The notes under the pieces: generated by a model
Database searches by the model: none
What the model was told of the DNA's origin: nothing
What the model saw: the letters and a program-made list of their open reading frames with translations, nothing else
DNA from: Stegostoma tigrinum
Lineage: Eukaryota
Reading direction: 5' to 3'
DNA length: 64,000 nt
Assembly: GCF_030684315.1 (NCBI RefSeq)
Contig: NC_081396.1
Span: 3,720,001-3,784,000, forward strand
Part shown: positions 27,540-38,970 of the stretch, one piece after another
How positions within the stretch are numbered: the first letter of the stretch is position 1
Layout: every line of letters starts with the position of its first letter
Translations under genes and position numbers: made by a program

Positions 27540-27721
27540 ACAAGATGTCATTAGATCTTGAACATGGAAGGAAAATACCAGAATCACAGTGAGAGAAAGT
27601 ACATGTGTTGTGTTCGGAGAAGGCCTTACAGCGTAACTGCGTCATTGAATTCCGAGCTGAGACAGGGAAATGAACTCCTTTCCACAATCCCCACGCCTCC
27701 ATAGTTTCTGTCCAGTTAGAC
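27540..27721 (-). pseudogene. C2H2 zinc-finger fragment (inverted copy)
   Basis: Minus strand reads TGQKLWRRGDCGKEFISLSQLGIQ*. Confidence 0.7.
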
Positions 27722-27735
27722 CCCGTTTGTGGACA

Positions 27736-28510
27736 GTCAAACTGGACAGAAAACGCAGAAATATGTGGATTGTGGAGAGGAATTCATTTCCCTGTCTCAG
27801 CTGGGAGTTAATTCACACTGAATTACCAGGAACAGTTCAATAAGCTACTCAGTGTGTCGGCAAGGATTCCTTCAGTTATCTGCATTCCTGAAACACCATT
27901 TCAAAGTTTGGACTGCGGGAAATGTCGTAAAAAGTCAATGGGACAGCACTGCTATCAAGGCTTTTCAAATGTTCAGGCTTGACAAACCTTCAACTCGCTC
28001 ACATTAATGGGAGACATTTTAAATGTCCAGAATGTGGAAATGTCATAAAACGTCTGGGGTCCTGACGAACAGTCAACATACATACATGGAGGAGAGACCG
28101 TTCAAATGCCCAAACTGTGATGGAAGCGATTTATATCATAGGGGCTTGATGTCCCATCAACATGCTCACATTGATGAGTGACAATTTAAATGTCCAAACT
28201 GTGAAAACTGCTGCAAAAAACAGCACGAACCTGAGGTCCCACCATTTTTTTTTCACAATGAGGAGAGATCTTTCTGATTGTCTCTCTGTGGAACTAATTA
28301 CAGGGGATTATCTCAACTCTCAGTACACCTGTGAGTTACACTGGGTAGAAACCATTAATCTAATCTGTGCGAGTTCGCCCATTCAACCACTGTATTGACA
28401 CGGAAGTGAGACCACACGGAGGGCAGATGTTTAACTGCTCTGTATGAGGTAAGTGCTTCACTAACTGAACTACCCAGCTGAGAGAGAACATAGCTCACAT
28501 TATCTCAAAA
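27736..28510 (+). pseudogene. C2H2 zinc-finger gene pseudogene
   Basis: QTGQKTQKYVDCGEEFISLSQL, HINGRHFKCPECG, EERPFKCPNC and HQHAHIDE*QFKCPNC, with stops and frameshifts. Confidence 0.85.
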
Positions 28511-28732
28511 ACGATTAGACTTTGGTGCGAATCACACATCGGTCTGAAAGCAGCGATTGAATAATCTGCATAAAATCAAACGAATCAGCTGGGCGTTACA
28601 GTTACTTCGGCAGGTCATTTTAATGTTACACATACAATGCGTTCTTTTCAAAATGCTCTCCCTCTCCGTGGAAGAGAAATCTTTATAGACCCAGATAAAT
28701 GCAGAGCTACCCTCACATTAGAGAGAGTTTGA

Positions 28733-28740
28733 GAGGGAGG

Positions 28741-28774
<34 letters not shown>
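28733..28774. repeat. (GA)n microsatellite
   Basis: Seen directly. Confidence 0.95.
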
Positions 28775-28782
<8 letters not shown>

Positions 28783-29039
28783 TTTTACTGGTGGCAACTT
28801 CAACTTCAGAGAGATAACTTCCATGATACACATCTCTAGTCCCTCGACACAAATGCCGCTAAACTGCTGAGGATACCCCGTGTTTCTTTTATCGCTAAAA
28901 GTTCCATCGCTTCTCGTTCTGTCCATGCCTCCAATAAATCCATCATCAACGCTCCTCAAAAATAATGACCCCTTTTGTGATCATTTTACAAACCACTCCG
29001 CGAGTGCCTTCATCCATTGAAGTCTCATTTCATCAGGCC

Positions 29040-29530
29040 AAACGCTCGGGAGATAAAAATCTAAAGGTTACCAGATACTGTCAGCAGTACCTATACCCCT
29101 CCCGTAATGTCCGCCCACACCCCAACCACCAGCCTCTGATGAAGCAGCTCTCCTCCATGTTGAATAGCATTTCCAGGAGCCAATCAGGATGACAAGGGTT
29201 TAGATTATATTCTGGGTGCAGAAGTTCAATGCCCACTGCAGCGCGTGGCCGACTGGCAGCACTTAAACCCAAGCATGGCAAGTCATCAAGAACATTGCTG
29301 CTAGACTGGATCTGCAACTTTTTAGAGGAAATCAACACATGATCGGAACAGGATGTTGTACATGTTCAAGAGTAGTCCCCTTGTGTGACCAAAATGCCTT
29401 TGAGGCAAGTCGCGGCAACCTTAGAGGTGTTGCTCTCATCTGCAGAGCAGTCCCAAAACATTTTGAATCTGGGAACGTTTTCATGAAGGCCGCAAGCCTC
29501 CTGAACATTGTTGAGGACATGTGTTCCTTG
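29040..29530 (-). mobile_element. LINE RT 3' fragment
   Basis: Reverse-strand LINE C-terminal text (gttcaatgcccactgcagc, ctaaaggttaccagatac). Confidence 0.5.
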
Positions 29531-29544
29531 AGGAAAAAAAAACC

Positions 29545-30385
29545 CAAATGAACTGCGTACTCTAAATCAGGAATAAAAAAAAAACAAAGTTGCTGGAACG
29601 GCTCAGCAGGTCTGGCCGCATTCAAGGAGGACAAAAAAAGTTAACATTTCGGGTCCGGTGACCCTTCATTAGAGATGATGGTAGCTGGGAAAACACCAGT
29701 TTACATGAAGTAAATAGGGAGATGGGTCGGGTAAAAAAACAGAGAATAGGATAGAAACAAAANNNNNNNNNNNNNNNNNNNNNNNNNNNNNNNNNNNNNN
29801 NNNNNNNNNNNNNNNNNNNNNNNNNNNNNNNNNNNNNNNNNNNNNNNNNNNNNNNNNNNNNNNNNNNNNNNNNNNNNNNNNNNNNNNNNNNNNNNAAGGA
29901 GTTTGTCACGATCAGGCTGGGAGAGTGAATAGTTGTTCATGTGTACTGTTCGTTACTCACAACAGCGGGTATGTCGTGGCAGGCGATGTGGTAACGAGTC
30001 CTGGTGTGTGGGGTGGTGTGTGGCTTGGATACAGGAGAATACATGACCTAAAATTATTGAACTCAACATTTTTGAGGCCGGAGGGCTGTATGGTCCCCAA
30101 GAGGACAATGAGGTGTGGTTCCTCCAGCTTGAGCTGGGATTCACTGGTACACTGTAGCAAGCCAGAGACAGAAAAGTTGGGAGCAAGGTGGTGCATTGAG
30201 GTGGCAGGCAACAGCTAGTTCAGGGTCTGTTTTGCAAGCAGAATGTAGATGTTCTGTGAAGTGGTCGTCAAGTCTCTGCTTGATTTCCCCAACGTAGAGG
30301 AGACCACATTGTGAACAAACGAATACAGTAGGCTAGATTCTTGGAACTGCAGGTAAAGTGTTGCATCACCTAGAAGTTATGTTTC
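29545..30385 (-). mobile_element. Penelope-like element, GIY-YIG end and pseudo-LTR
   Basis: ORF 29957..30211 LKLEEPHLIVLLGTIQPSGLKNVEFNNF resembles the PLE C-terminus; degenerate hammerhead near 29645-29672; spans the assembly gap. Confidence 0.85.
29763..29895. other. Assembly gap (133 N)
   Basis: Seen directly. Confidence 1.
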
Positions 30386-30389
30386 ATCC

Positions 30390-30990
30390 TTCGCTGGCTT
30401 TCACAATCCACCGTGATGTGGCCATCTCGTACCAGAAGCTGGATACCAGATATTGCGCCACGAAAAATGCATTGCTGGTCTTAGCATTGGCCAGTGCTCT
30501 GAGCTGTGTCAAGAACGCCCTTTGCTATTTCATTTATCAGTCAATATACAGCCTATTCGGGTACCCTAGCTCTGAAATATCATGCCCACTTTCCACAAAT
30601 CACCTGCCTTGTGTTCAATGCTGTGAGTATCAGATACATCTATTTGGCTAGGAGGCTGTGGGGAACTGAAAATGGTGAAGATCCTGAATTTATGAACCGC
30701 GAGAAGTCCGTAGCCCTGACGTTCGTTATCTAACTCAGCTTCCTCCTCCAGTGGACAACCTATTTTCGTCATTTGCTTTATCGATTGATTTCACGTAAGG
30801 GTTACATCAGCAGCCTGAACTTCAAAGACCCGCAGTACATCCCTCAAGAAATATCCAACAACCACCATATAATCCTTAACAATATCATTAACTATACTGT
30901 TGCCCTGAACAAGGAAGAAGAGGATCTGAAAAAAATGCTGATGTGTCCTTTCACTGCTCCAACTGAATGATTGAAATGGCAAAATAAGAC
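30390..30990 (+). pseudogene. GPR139/GPR142-like class A GPCR pseudogene (TM3 to C-terminus)
   Basis: AFTIHRDVAISYQKLDTRYCATKNALLVL resembles FTFDRFVAICCQKLKTKYC; FNAVSIRYI...DPEFMNREKSVAL resembles LNALTVRHI...DPEMESRRKSVIL; 5' end lost at the Penelope junction. Confidence 0.8.
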
Positions 30991-31117
30991 ACACCAAAAC
31001 ACCGTTCTGTTGGCTTTTGATATCAATGTGGCTGAGAATCTAACACACTAATTTTGAATTTTTTTTAAGTAGTAAACTTAAACTGTGAAGAAAAAAAAAA
31101 CTGAAAAACTGAAGGGT

Positions 31118-31345
31118 ATCACGGTGTGAAGCTGGATGAACCCAGCAGGCCGAGCAGCATCAGAGGAGCAGGAAAGATTGCCGTTGCGGGTCGGTACACT
31201 TCTTCAGAAAACCTTCTGCGAAGGGTCCCGATCTGAAACGTGGAGTTTTCTTGCTCTACTGATGCTGCTTGGCCTGCAGTGTTCATCCAGCTTCACACCG
31301 TGTTATCTCAGATTTTCCAGAATCAGCAGTTCCTACTATCTCGAA
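31118..31345. mobile_element. Penelope-derived fold-back element
   Basis: Inverted arms acggtgtgaagctggatgaa...ttcatccagcttcacaccgt. Confidence 0.85.
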
Positions 31346-31739
31346 AAAAACTGAGGAAAGTTTATTCCCTTCACAAAGTGCTAAAAAGAATTACGCATGC
31401 TCAGAGTTTATGCCTCACTTGGTAGAATTGTTACGGACCCTCTTAATGGAAAATGAAATACACCCCGTCGTCATTTGATGAAATAAAAAGCAAGACAGTT
31501 ATCTCCACAGTCCTGAGCCAATATTTATCTTTGTTTGGTAAGCGGGAATAGGGTACTAAGCATGATAATCATTCATTATTGTAACGAATGGCGGAGCTGA
31601 CTGGAATACACATATGCTGTTCTTTCTCTTCTTGTGTGTATGTTTCGATGTTAACAGAGAACAGTGAAGTCTGTTTTCTGCTTGTTTTTGTGATCACCGT
31701 TCGGGAGTAGTGAAATATTCCTCTGTACACAGTTGGTGA

Positions 31740-32270
31740 CTTGTTCCTTGTATTACAATAATAAAGTGTATAATTTCGTTCTTTCGTTCGTTCTTTCTTT
31801 CTTTCTTTCTTGCTTTCTTTCTTTTTTACCTTCTTCCTTTCCCCCTTTCCTAACTTCTTTATTTCGTATCTCCTTTCTTTCCTTCTTTTCATTACAATTG
31901 CGAGATGATTAAATTGCTGAATTTTACCGATGTTGTGAGCTCACCAGAGAAACAGATATTCGAAGATTCACCTTTTTGCTCACCATCGTTCAAGTATTTA
32001 AATAATACAACATCGGGCTGTGAGTTTTGTTGTTGGTACCATAGGAAGTAGCAGCTGCTCCATGTCATGTCGCACGTACAGTATAAAGATAACATTAATG
32101 CTGCATTAAAATCTGAAGAAAGCAGCTGATTTGGAAACATACAGTAATGTAAATATCAGATGGATTTGTGTTCAAAACTTAAATGAATACATTGCTCAGG
32201 TTGATATGTGAAATCTTTATAATTACCTGTGAGAAAAGCTGAATACTGATGAATTTCATCCTCCATCTCC
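31740..32270 (-). pseudogene. T-cell receptor alpha/delta V pseudogene
   Basis: Leader ending FLT-G|gtaatt (32227), 114-bp intron, exon from 32112: LSLYCTCDMTWSSCYFLWYQQQNSQPDVVLFKY...FSGELTTSVKFSNLIISQL*; then a microsatellite; then YTLYYC at 31755-31772. FR1 partly deleted; no clear RSS. Confidence 0.8.
31776..31889. repeat. Degenerate (TTTC)n microsatellite
   Basis: Seen directly. Confidence 0.9.
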
Positions 32271-32649
32271 GATTTGTGAAAGGTGGAGATGGAAATGATA
32301 CAAAGGTCATTCCGTTCCTCAACCTGAAAAACCTGCTGTTGCGGGTCAGCTTGCTTACACTCCTTGTTTGCACAGTGGCACTGTGAGGCCAGTAGGCGTT
32401 CAGCAGACTGTTACTGAATGGAAACATCTTGAAACAGATGAGAGACAGTGTTCCCATAGCGGAAAGGATACTGGAAATGAAGCATTAACCCCGACTTCCC
32501 TTCACAAATGTTATAAGATCTGCTGAGATTTTTCAACAAAATCTGCTTTTGTTCCTTCCAGACAGAATGTTTCCACTCTTGGAAATATCGGGAATGATCC
32601 TGAAGCCGTTATTATTTTATGTCTCGAAACGTAAGCTGATCAACAGGTA

Positions 32650-32845
32650 GTAGGAACTGCGATGCTGTAGAATCTGAGATAACAAGGTGTAGAGCTGCAT
32701 GAACAAAGCAGGCCAAGCAACATCAGAGGACCAGGAACGCTGAAGTTTCTGGCTTAGAGTTTATGCCGGAGCCGTCAGCATTTCTGCTCCTATGATGCTA
32801 CTTGGCCTGCTGTGTTCATTCATCTCTACACTTTGTTATCTCAGC
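32650..32845. mobile_element. Penelope-derived fold-back element
   Basis: ctgagataacaaggtgtagag...ctctacactttgttatctcag. Confidence 0.8.
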
Positions 32846-33719
32846 TGATCAATAGGGCTTGTTTATTCTAACAGTAATAATAACTTGCAATTACTTGTAT
32901 TTTCTCGCTTCTCCTATTTATTTTGTCTTTGTGACTGCAGTCTGCATTATCAAAGCATAGAAACTCAGAGGTTTTCTGTCACCACTTCAGCTTCATTGAG
33001 TTAACCACTATTCCCCATTGGTGTGAACAACTTTAGCAGATGCATTATAATCATAGCACCTCAATAACAATGTTAAAATAGAGAACATTGTTTCAAAATT
33101 CGAGAATAGATTCGGTTTATTTAAATGAAGATTTGTATCTACATCAGAAACAAAAGACACATTTCCTGGAGAAGGTTAGCATGTCTCGCAGCATTTGTAA
33201 ATGAGAAAACAGAGTTAACGTTTTGGGTCCAGTGTCGTTTCCTCAGAACTGATGCTGCCAGATGTTCTGAACCTCTCCGGCAACGTTGCTTTACTTCCTG
33301 AGTTACGGCATCTTCAGTTCCTTCGGTTTTTACTTATATCTACATTATCTGCTTGGGTCAGCAGTTAACAGTTAACATCCCACTGCAGCTTTGTGTCTTC
33401 ATACTGTTAAAACTTTGCTCCATGCAAATTGTTCAACTTATCTCTTGATTTAAATACCTCACTGCATTGAAATGAACTGAATGAGTGGCAACAAGCCCAA
33501 ATGGATGTGAAAAAATTATGCATTAATATCTTGCATTCATTCCAGGATTCAGCGATATTTTAGCTAATGGGCATAGACATTGAAACGCCAACAGATAAGC
33601 TCTCTCAACTTTCTGTATACAGACTGCACGTTGCACGTTTAAGATAACCCCATGATTACTGTGCGGTTCTAGTCATTCAGGAAGATTAGTGCATCCCAGA
33701 AATCGCCCTAAATCCTTTA

Positions 33720-34060
33720 TTAGTTAACAAAATGAGGACCTCGCTGGCTAGGCAGAATTTATTGCCTATGCCTAATTGCCCAAAAATCAGTCCAGAATGC
33801 TATGGGTCTCGAAGACACATGTAGGGCAGACCAGGAAAGAATGGCAGTTTCCTTGCCGAAAATCCACTAATGAACCAGATTGTTTACTTTTTCCAGATAA
33901 TCAACTGTGAAATCATGGTCATCATTGGACTCTCCATTCCAGATATTTTATTGAATTCAAATTCTACCATCTGCCGTAGTGGAATTTGAAACCATAACAT
34001 TATCTTGTCTCCAATTTTACAGTCGAATGATAATAACATTCGGCCGTCACTTCACCCTGA
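33720..34060 (-). mobile_element. Deu-type SINE
   Basis: gctggctaggcagaatttattgcc...ttccagatattttattgaattcaaattctaccatctgcc is the reverse complement of the 25690 family. Confidence 0.75.
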
Positions 34061-34654
34061 TGTTCTTCCATACTAAGTTATTTTCTTTCTCTTCAAGCAG
34101 CCCTTACTTTAAGTGTAGAGTTGCTAATCTCACGAAATCGTTTCTACTTCCAATTCCTTTTCCGTTGTCTATTCATTTCTTAGATTTCGTTTCATATTCT
34201 GTTCTATCTGCAAACAGTTGCTTTCGCTATTTCCATCTGTTAATCTCCTTTATTATGTACTGATCTGTCAAAATTTTGGTCACTATCTCTAAATCATTTC
34301 AATCACTGTTTTTTCACTGTTGATACCTCAATATCTTGCTCGAAACATGCATCAATTTCTCTCAATGTCTTTCTCTCTCATTCACTCAATGTTTCTTCTT
34401 TCTTCATTTACTTCTCCCAATTTCTTAGTTTTGCTTGTTTTTGTACTGTTGGTCATGGCACAGACCAATCACATTCAACAGATTTCGCACCTTTGTGTCA
34501 CTGCAAATTACCAGCACATTTCAGAGCATGAGACATCAGTAATTGTGCAGACCTGAATTTGACCATCAGTGCAATATCATGCTGACTCGTGATCATCATG
34601 GCTTATTCCTTTATCCTCATTGAAAACATTCAAAAATCTTGAAGTTTTTTTTTG

Positions 34655-35140
34655 TTTTAAAATGTAGTTGTGAATTGGCTTGTGCAAAGGGGAGAGAATG
34701 CAGGCGAAGTAGGAAGAGATGTGATCATTGTGGCAGTAGCTCGGAGAGACAATGAGTCGGCAGGGGTCGTTGTGCTTATGGATTTTGTGGAACAAGTTGA
34801 ATCGGACAGTGTTGGTCTGGGGTGTCTATCAGGTTGGAATTTGGTGGGGGGTTGAGGATGGTTATCAGCAGAGGACACCAGAAGCAATAAGGTAAGGGAC
34901 AGTTTCGGAGACAGTGGCTTGATGAGGGGCGTGGTATCAATTTAAGACATGATGTCAGAGAGTTGAATTTTGGCCTTTGTGGCACAGAGCTGCTTCCTGC
35001 ACAAACACCGTCCCTGCCTTTGTCACCGGGCTTGACAGTGAAATTAGTAATGGTGTGGAGAGATTGGAGCACTGCACATTCGGAGGGAGAGACGTTAGAA
35101 TTGGTGAGAGTTGTCGTAAAATTCAGGCGTTCGTTGATTT
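34655..35140 (-). mobile_element. Penelope-like element RT fragment
   Basis: NVSPSECAVLQSL...TVKPGDKG and KIHKHNDPCRLIVS...ISSYFACILSPL. Confidence 0.85.
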
Positions 35141-38100
35141 GGGAATTCATGCTTCAATAACTGAAGAAAGAGTTTCTCTTTTAACCCATGCCTGTGTCAA
35201 TAGTTTGATGTGCGAGACTGCTTTCATGTGTAACCGTGTCAGTGATTATCAGAGGTAGTTGGAGTTGTCGAGTTTAGCTGACAGTCAGATTAGCTCTCAT
35301 CTGACTGACTAGCGGACCAGGCGAGTGTGACTGAATGAGTCATAGTCAAACCCAATTCACTTGATAGTATCTGATGTTACAAATAATTCAAGAGGATCTT
35401 GGAGCAGTAGCAAGGGTGTGGGCACACGGTATGGCGAGTGATCCAGATCCAATTCTGCTTGAAATCATCAGACCACAGGTGCTGGAGATCAGAAATAAAA
35501 ACTGGAAGGGTGTGGAATTCTCAGAAAATCAAATGCACCTATGGAGAGAAAAGATGAAGCTAAAAAAAAATCAGAACTAAACTTTCCAGTTCAATGTCAT
35601 TCTCCTTTGGAACCGAAGAGATTTGGTGAATTATTAGTTTCAACATAGTGAAACGGGGGAGGAGGGGCGTGGTTTGGGAAGATGAAAACAAACAGAAGTT
35701 CTACGAAAATAAAAGTGGTGAGTGACTTTGGAAACCATATTGCATAAACTAAGCTCAGAAACAGTCTTGATAACTGCAAAGAAGACAAACCATCGATCAA
35801 GTGCAACTGTTGACAACAGAAAGAAAACCCTGAATGAAAACAATGTCTTCAAAACGAAGACACAGATTGAGTAGTAATTTTCATATCAAAATGAAAAACC
35901 CAGTTCGTAACCTGAACTTATTCAACTCTAAAACGCAAAAAATGGAGAATGTTGAAGTAACGTGTCGATTGACCATATACTCCAACTATCCTTGCACATT
36001 CTCTTTTGCACTTTTGCATTCTCTTTTGTACCTGCAATATAAATAATCCAAGAATATACAGGACAGCCATTCTCCTTGCAGATTTCGTCATCATATGATT
36101 TCTGTTTTCTTGGGCAAACTCATTTTCATTTTCTGTTGCATTTTATTTTATTTGAGGAAATATTCTTTGTCGATGTAAATCTTGCATTTCTTGCATTTAT
36201 TCTCACCTTCTCTTACGGTCACTCGTGAAATATTATTGGTAATTGTTGGTGACGCTGGATCTGCTTTAACAATATGCCTGTGGAAGCTATCGCTTTGAAC
36301 CATCACTAGATTCATTAAAGAAAAATAGCCTGCTATCTCACTAATACTAAGAGATTCTATCATTGGTGTAATGCATTTTTTCTGCCTGTCCATCTCCTGT
36401 GAGTCTTCTATAGCTCATTCCAAACACTGGGCATAATATACTGTCCGGATATAATGATTCAGAAACAACGTAATGCAATGGCCCATTTCCAGAACAATCG
36501 ATAAGGAAGAGTCAATGCAGTTTGACAGTAATTTCAACAAATCAAATCTATCAGCCTTTTGATGGCAGGAACTTAATGCAAATAGAATAGACTATGTCAT
36601 GACTAGCAGAGGATACGGGAAGAATGCAATCGAATGATGAGAGATTGTGCTTGAAATAAATGAAGGGAAATGTTACTTCATATCCAGAAGGCAAATGGTG
36701 TGGGATTTCACAGTTCACAGCTGCGTAATCCAAACTCTCCCAGTGACTGTAATGAGCGAGATGTCTGAAAGACTTGTGCTGAAAAGCATTCACTTTACTT
36801 TCCAAAGATCGAGCGTTCCGTTACTCACAACAATGCATTTGACTGTTAGTTTTATGAATGAAGCTTAACAACTCCATTGCCTACAATTGGCGATTGTTGG
36901 AATTGTATTGCATAGAATGTCTTGCACAGGAACTGTAGCTGGTCCGTGCCAATGTTTATTTTCGACACAACTCTTCCCCCGGAATGCAACATCTGAAACT
37001 AATCATGTCTTTTCTGATTTTCTTTCTTCTTCCTTCTTTTAGCTCTTTTTAACATTATCCGCGATAATTAACTCAGTAAATCCATTTGAGTGCATGTGTG
37101 CGTGGACTGCAGTAAAATGCAGGAAGCTGTTATGAGGTTAAACAACAAGGTAGCTATTTCCTGATTACAATCAACATTGATGATCGTTGTAATTTTTAAA
37201 TGTAATTCAGGTCCATTCATCAACACAATCTACATTTCCCCTCTTTTGTAGCGTTATTATATCTCATGATTCTGGAATATTCATTTCAGCATCTGCAACA
37301 CAAGACCATTATTGCATGCTTTATGTGGTCCTTGGCAGTTTGTGTATCACTTATGTGATTGTCAGGCTGTTGCTGTTATTGATTCACTTTTTCGAAACGT
37401 ATCTTTGAATGGTGGTCATTTCTGAATATTGAACTGAACGACTGGGCCTTTGGTACAAAGGAGTTATTGGACTTTAGGAAGTACTGTACTATAGGCTAAG
37501 AGTCAGGCAAAAATCAAGCAGACTATGTGGAAATCCTGTAACATCATATAGCAAAATGGCATAAAGGAACTAACGAAAAAAACCCTTACATTCTATTTTC
37601 CAAATACAAGTCATCCAGTTATAATATTCGAGTTGGAATGTATTCTTGTTCATCATTTGCTTCACGATTGTTTAAAATCAAATTTGATAACACAGGAAAC
37701 AGCAATTGCAGGACATTGCAGATTTCAAGGTTTCTCCATTTAGATTACGCCATGGTTACTGTATATGAATGTCAATTTCGTGCACTTGTCCCATGTCTTT
37801 CTTTCTTTTGATGTAAGAGCGTCTGTTGATTGCTATTTTGAATTGATTTGGCCGCTGACTACCAATAATTGTCTTTGAAATAATCCACAGGTTTACAACC
37901 GCTTCGTGCAAAACTTCACCTTAGCTCTGCCCAAAATGTCAGAAAATTTCTGATACCGTAGCCTGGTATGAGAGACTTTGCTGCATCGTGAATGAAAGCA
38001 GCAAGACCAATTTTTGCATCCTTTAATAATTCTATTATATTTCATTTCCACAGGGGAGGAATTTCAAAAGTCACCCCTGAAATGCTAATTAATCAGTTAA

Positions 38101-38729
38101 AGATAATATACCAAAATTCCTTCGATTTTGGAAAGAACCCAGGAATTTGGATCTGAACAAATATGACTTTTCAAATCAAGAATACAGGAAGGCAACAACA
38201 TAAAATGATCTGTCAGTTGGCTGAATATCTGTTATTGACGGTGTTGTAATTGATCGTGAAAGAGATTATATCTTTCCAGAAACTGCTGGAGATATTTGAC
38301 ACATTTGGCAGAATTTGTCCGGAGAAAGCTGAATTAGCAGTTCAAATCCAGTGACTGTTCAGAAAACCGAGCTCTGAGAAACAATCACCGGGCTTGGGCC
38401 ATTGACACTGCTTTCTCACCACAAATTCTGCCCTTCATGCTCGGTTTCTCCTTTAATCGATGATTGTGTTTCAGATGTGCAGCAGTTGCATTTATTTAAT
38501 TTAGCATAACTGTGCCCTGAGACAATACTCAGAGTACTTGTGAAGATACAAGGTGGTTTCTTCAATCGGAGATTCTGTTCAAACAATTTGTTGGAATTCA
38601 GAAAGGAGCAACATGAGTTGTGATGAAAAGGAAAATTTGCAGGCCGACTGCAGTGAGATTTTGAAAGGCTTAAGTCAACGTTTTCGTGGCAAATCAAAGC
38701 TTTTGCTGTTTGAAATAGAATACAAGAAT

Positions 38730-38970
38730 CCCCTCCCTCCTCCCCACCTCTACTCTCCTCTCCACCTATCTTCTTTTCTCTCCATTCTTGTCCGCCTCCC
38801 CCTCTCTCCCTATTTATAGCAGAACCCTCTCTCCACCCCACTCTCTGATGAAGGGTGCAGGACCGAAACGTCAGCTTTTGTGCTCCTGAGATGCTGCTTT
38901 GCCTGCTGTGTTCATCCAGCTTCACACTTTGTACGTTGGATTCTCCAGCACCTGTAGTTCCCATTATCAG
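38730..38970 (+). mobile_element. Penelope pseudo-LTR
   Basis: CT-rich tract followed by ctgatgaagggtgcaggaccgaaacgtcagc...gttcccattatc. Confidence 0.85.
38843..38874 (+). ncRNA. Minimal type I hammerhead ribozyme motif, core intact
   Basis: CTGATGA (38845-51), short stem II, GAAAC (38865-69), GTC cleavage triplet (38870-72). Confidence 0.6.

Noticed and set aside
31683-31745. RSS for the minus-strand TCR V (ACAAAAACA nonamer-like)
   Set aside because: No heptamer at 12 or 23 spacing next to the coding end
34500-34595. V FR3-like HFRA...LNLTISAI..ADS
   Set aside because: No Cys/Trp landmarks or RSS
37930-37980. Vkappa-like C-x11-WY (CPKCQKISDTVAWYER)
   Set aside because: Isolated 16 codons with no FR3 or RSS
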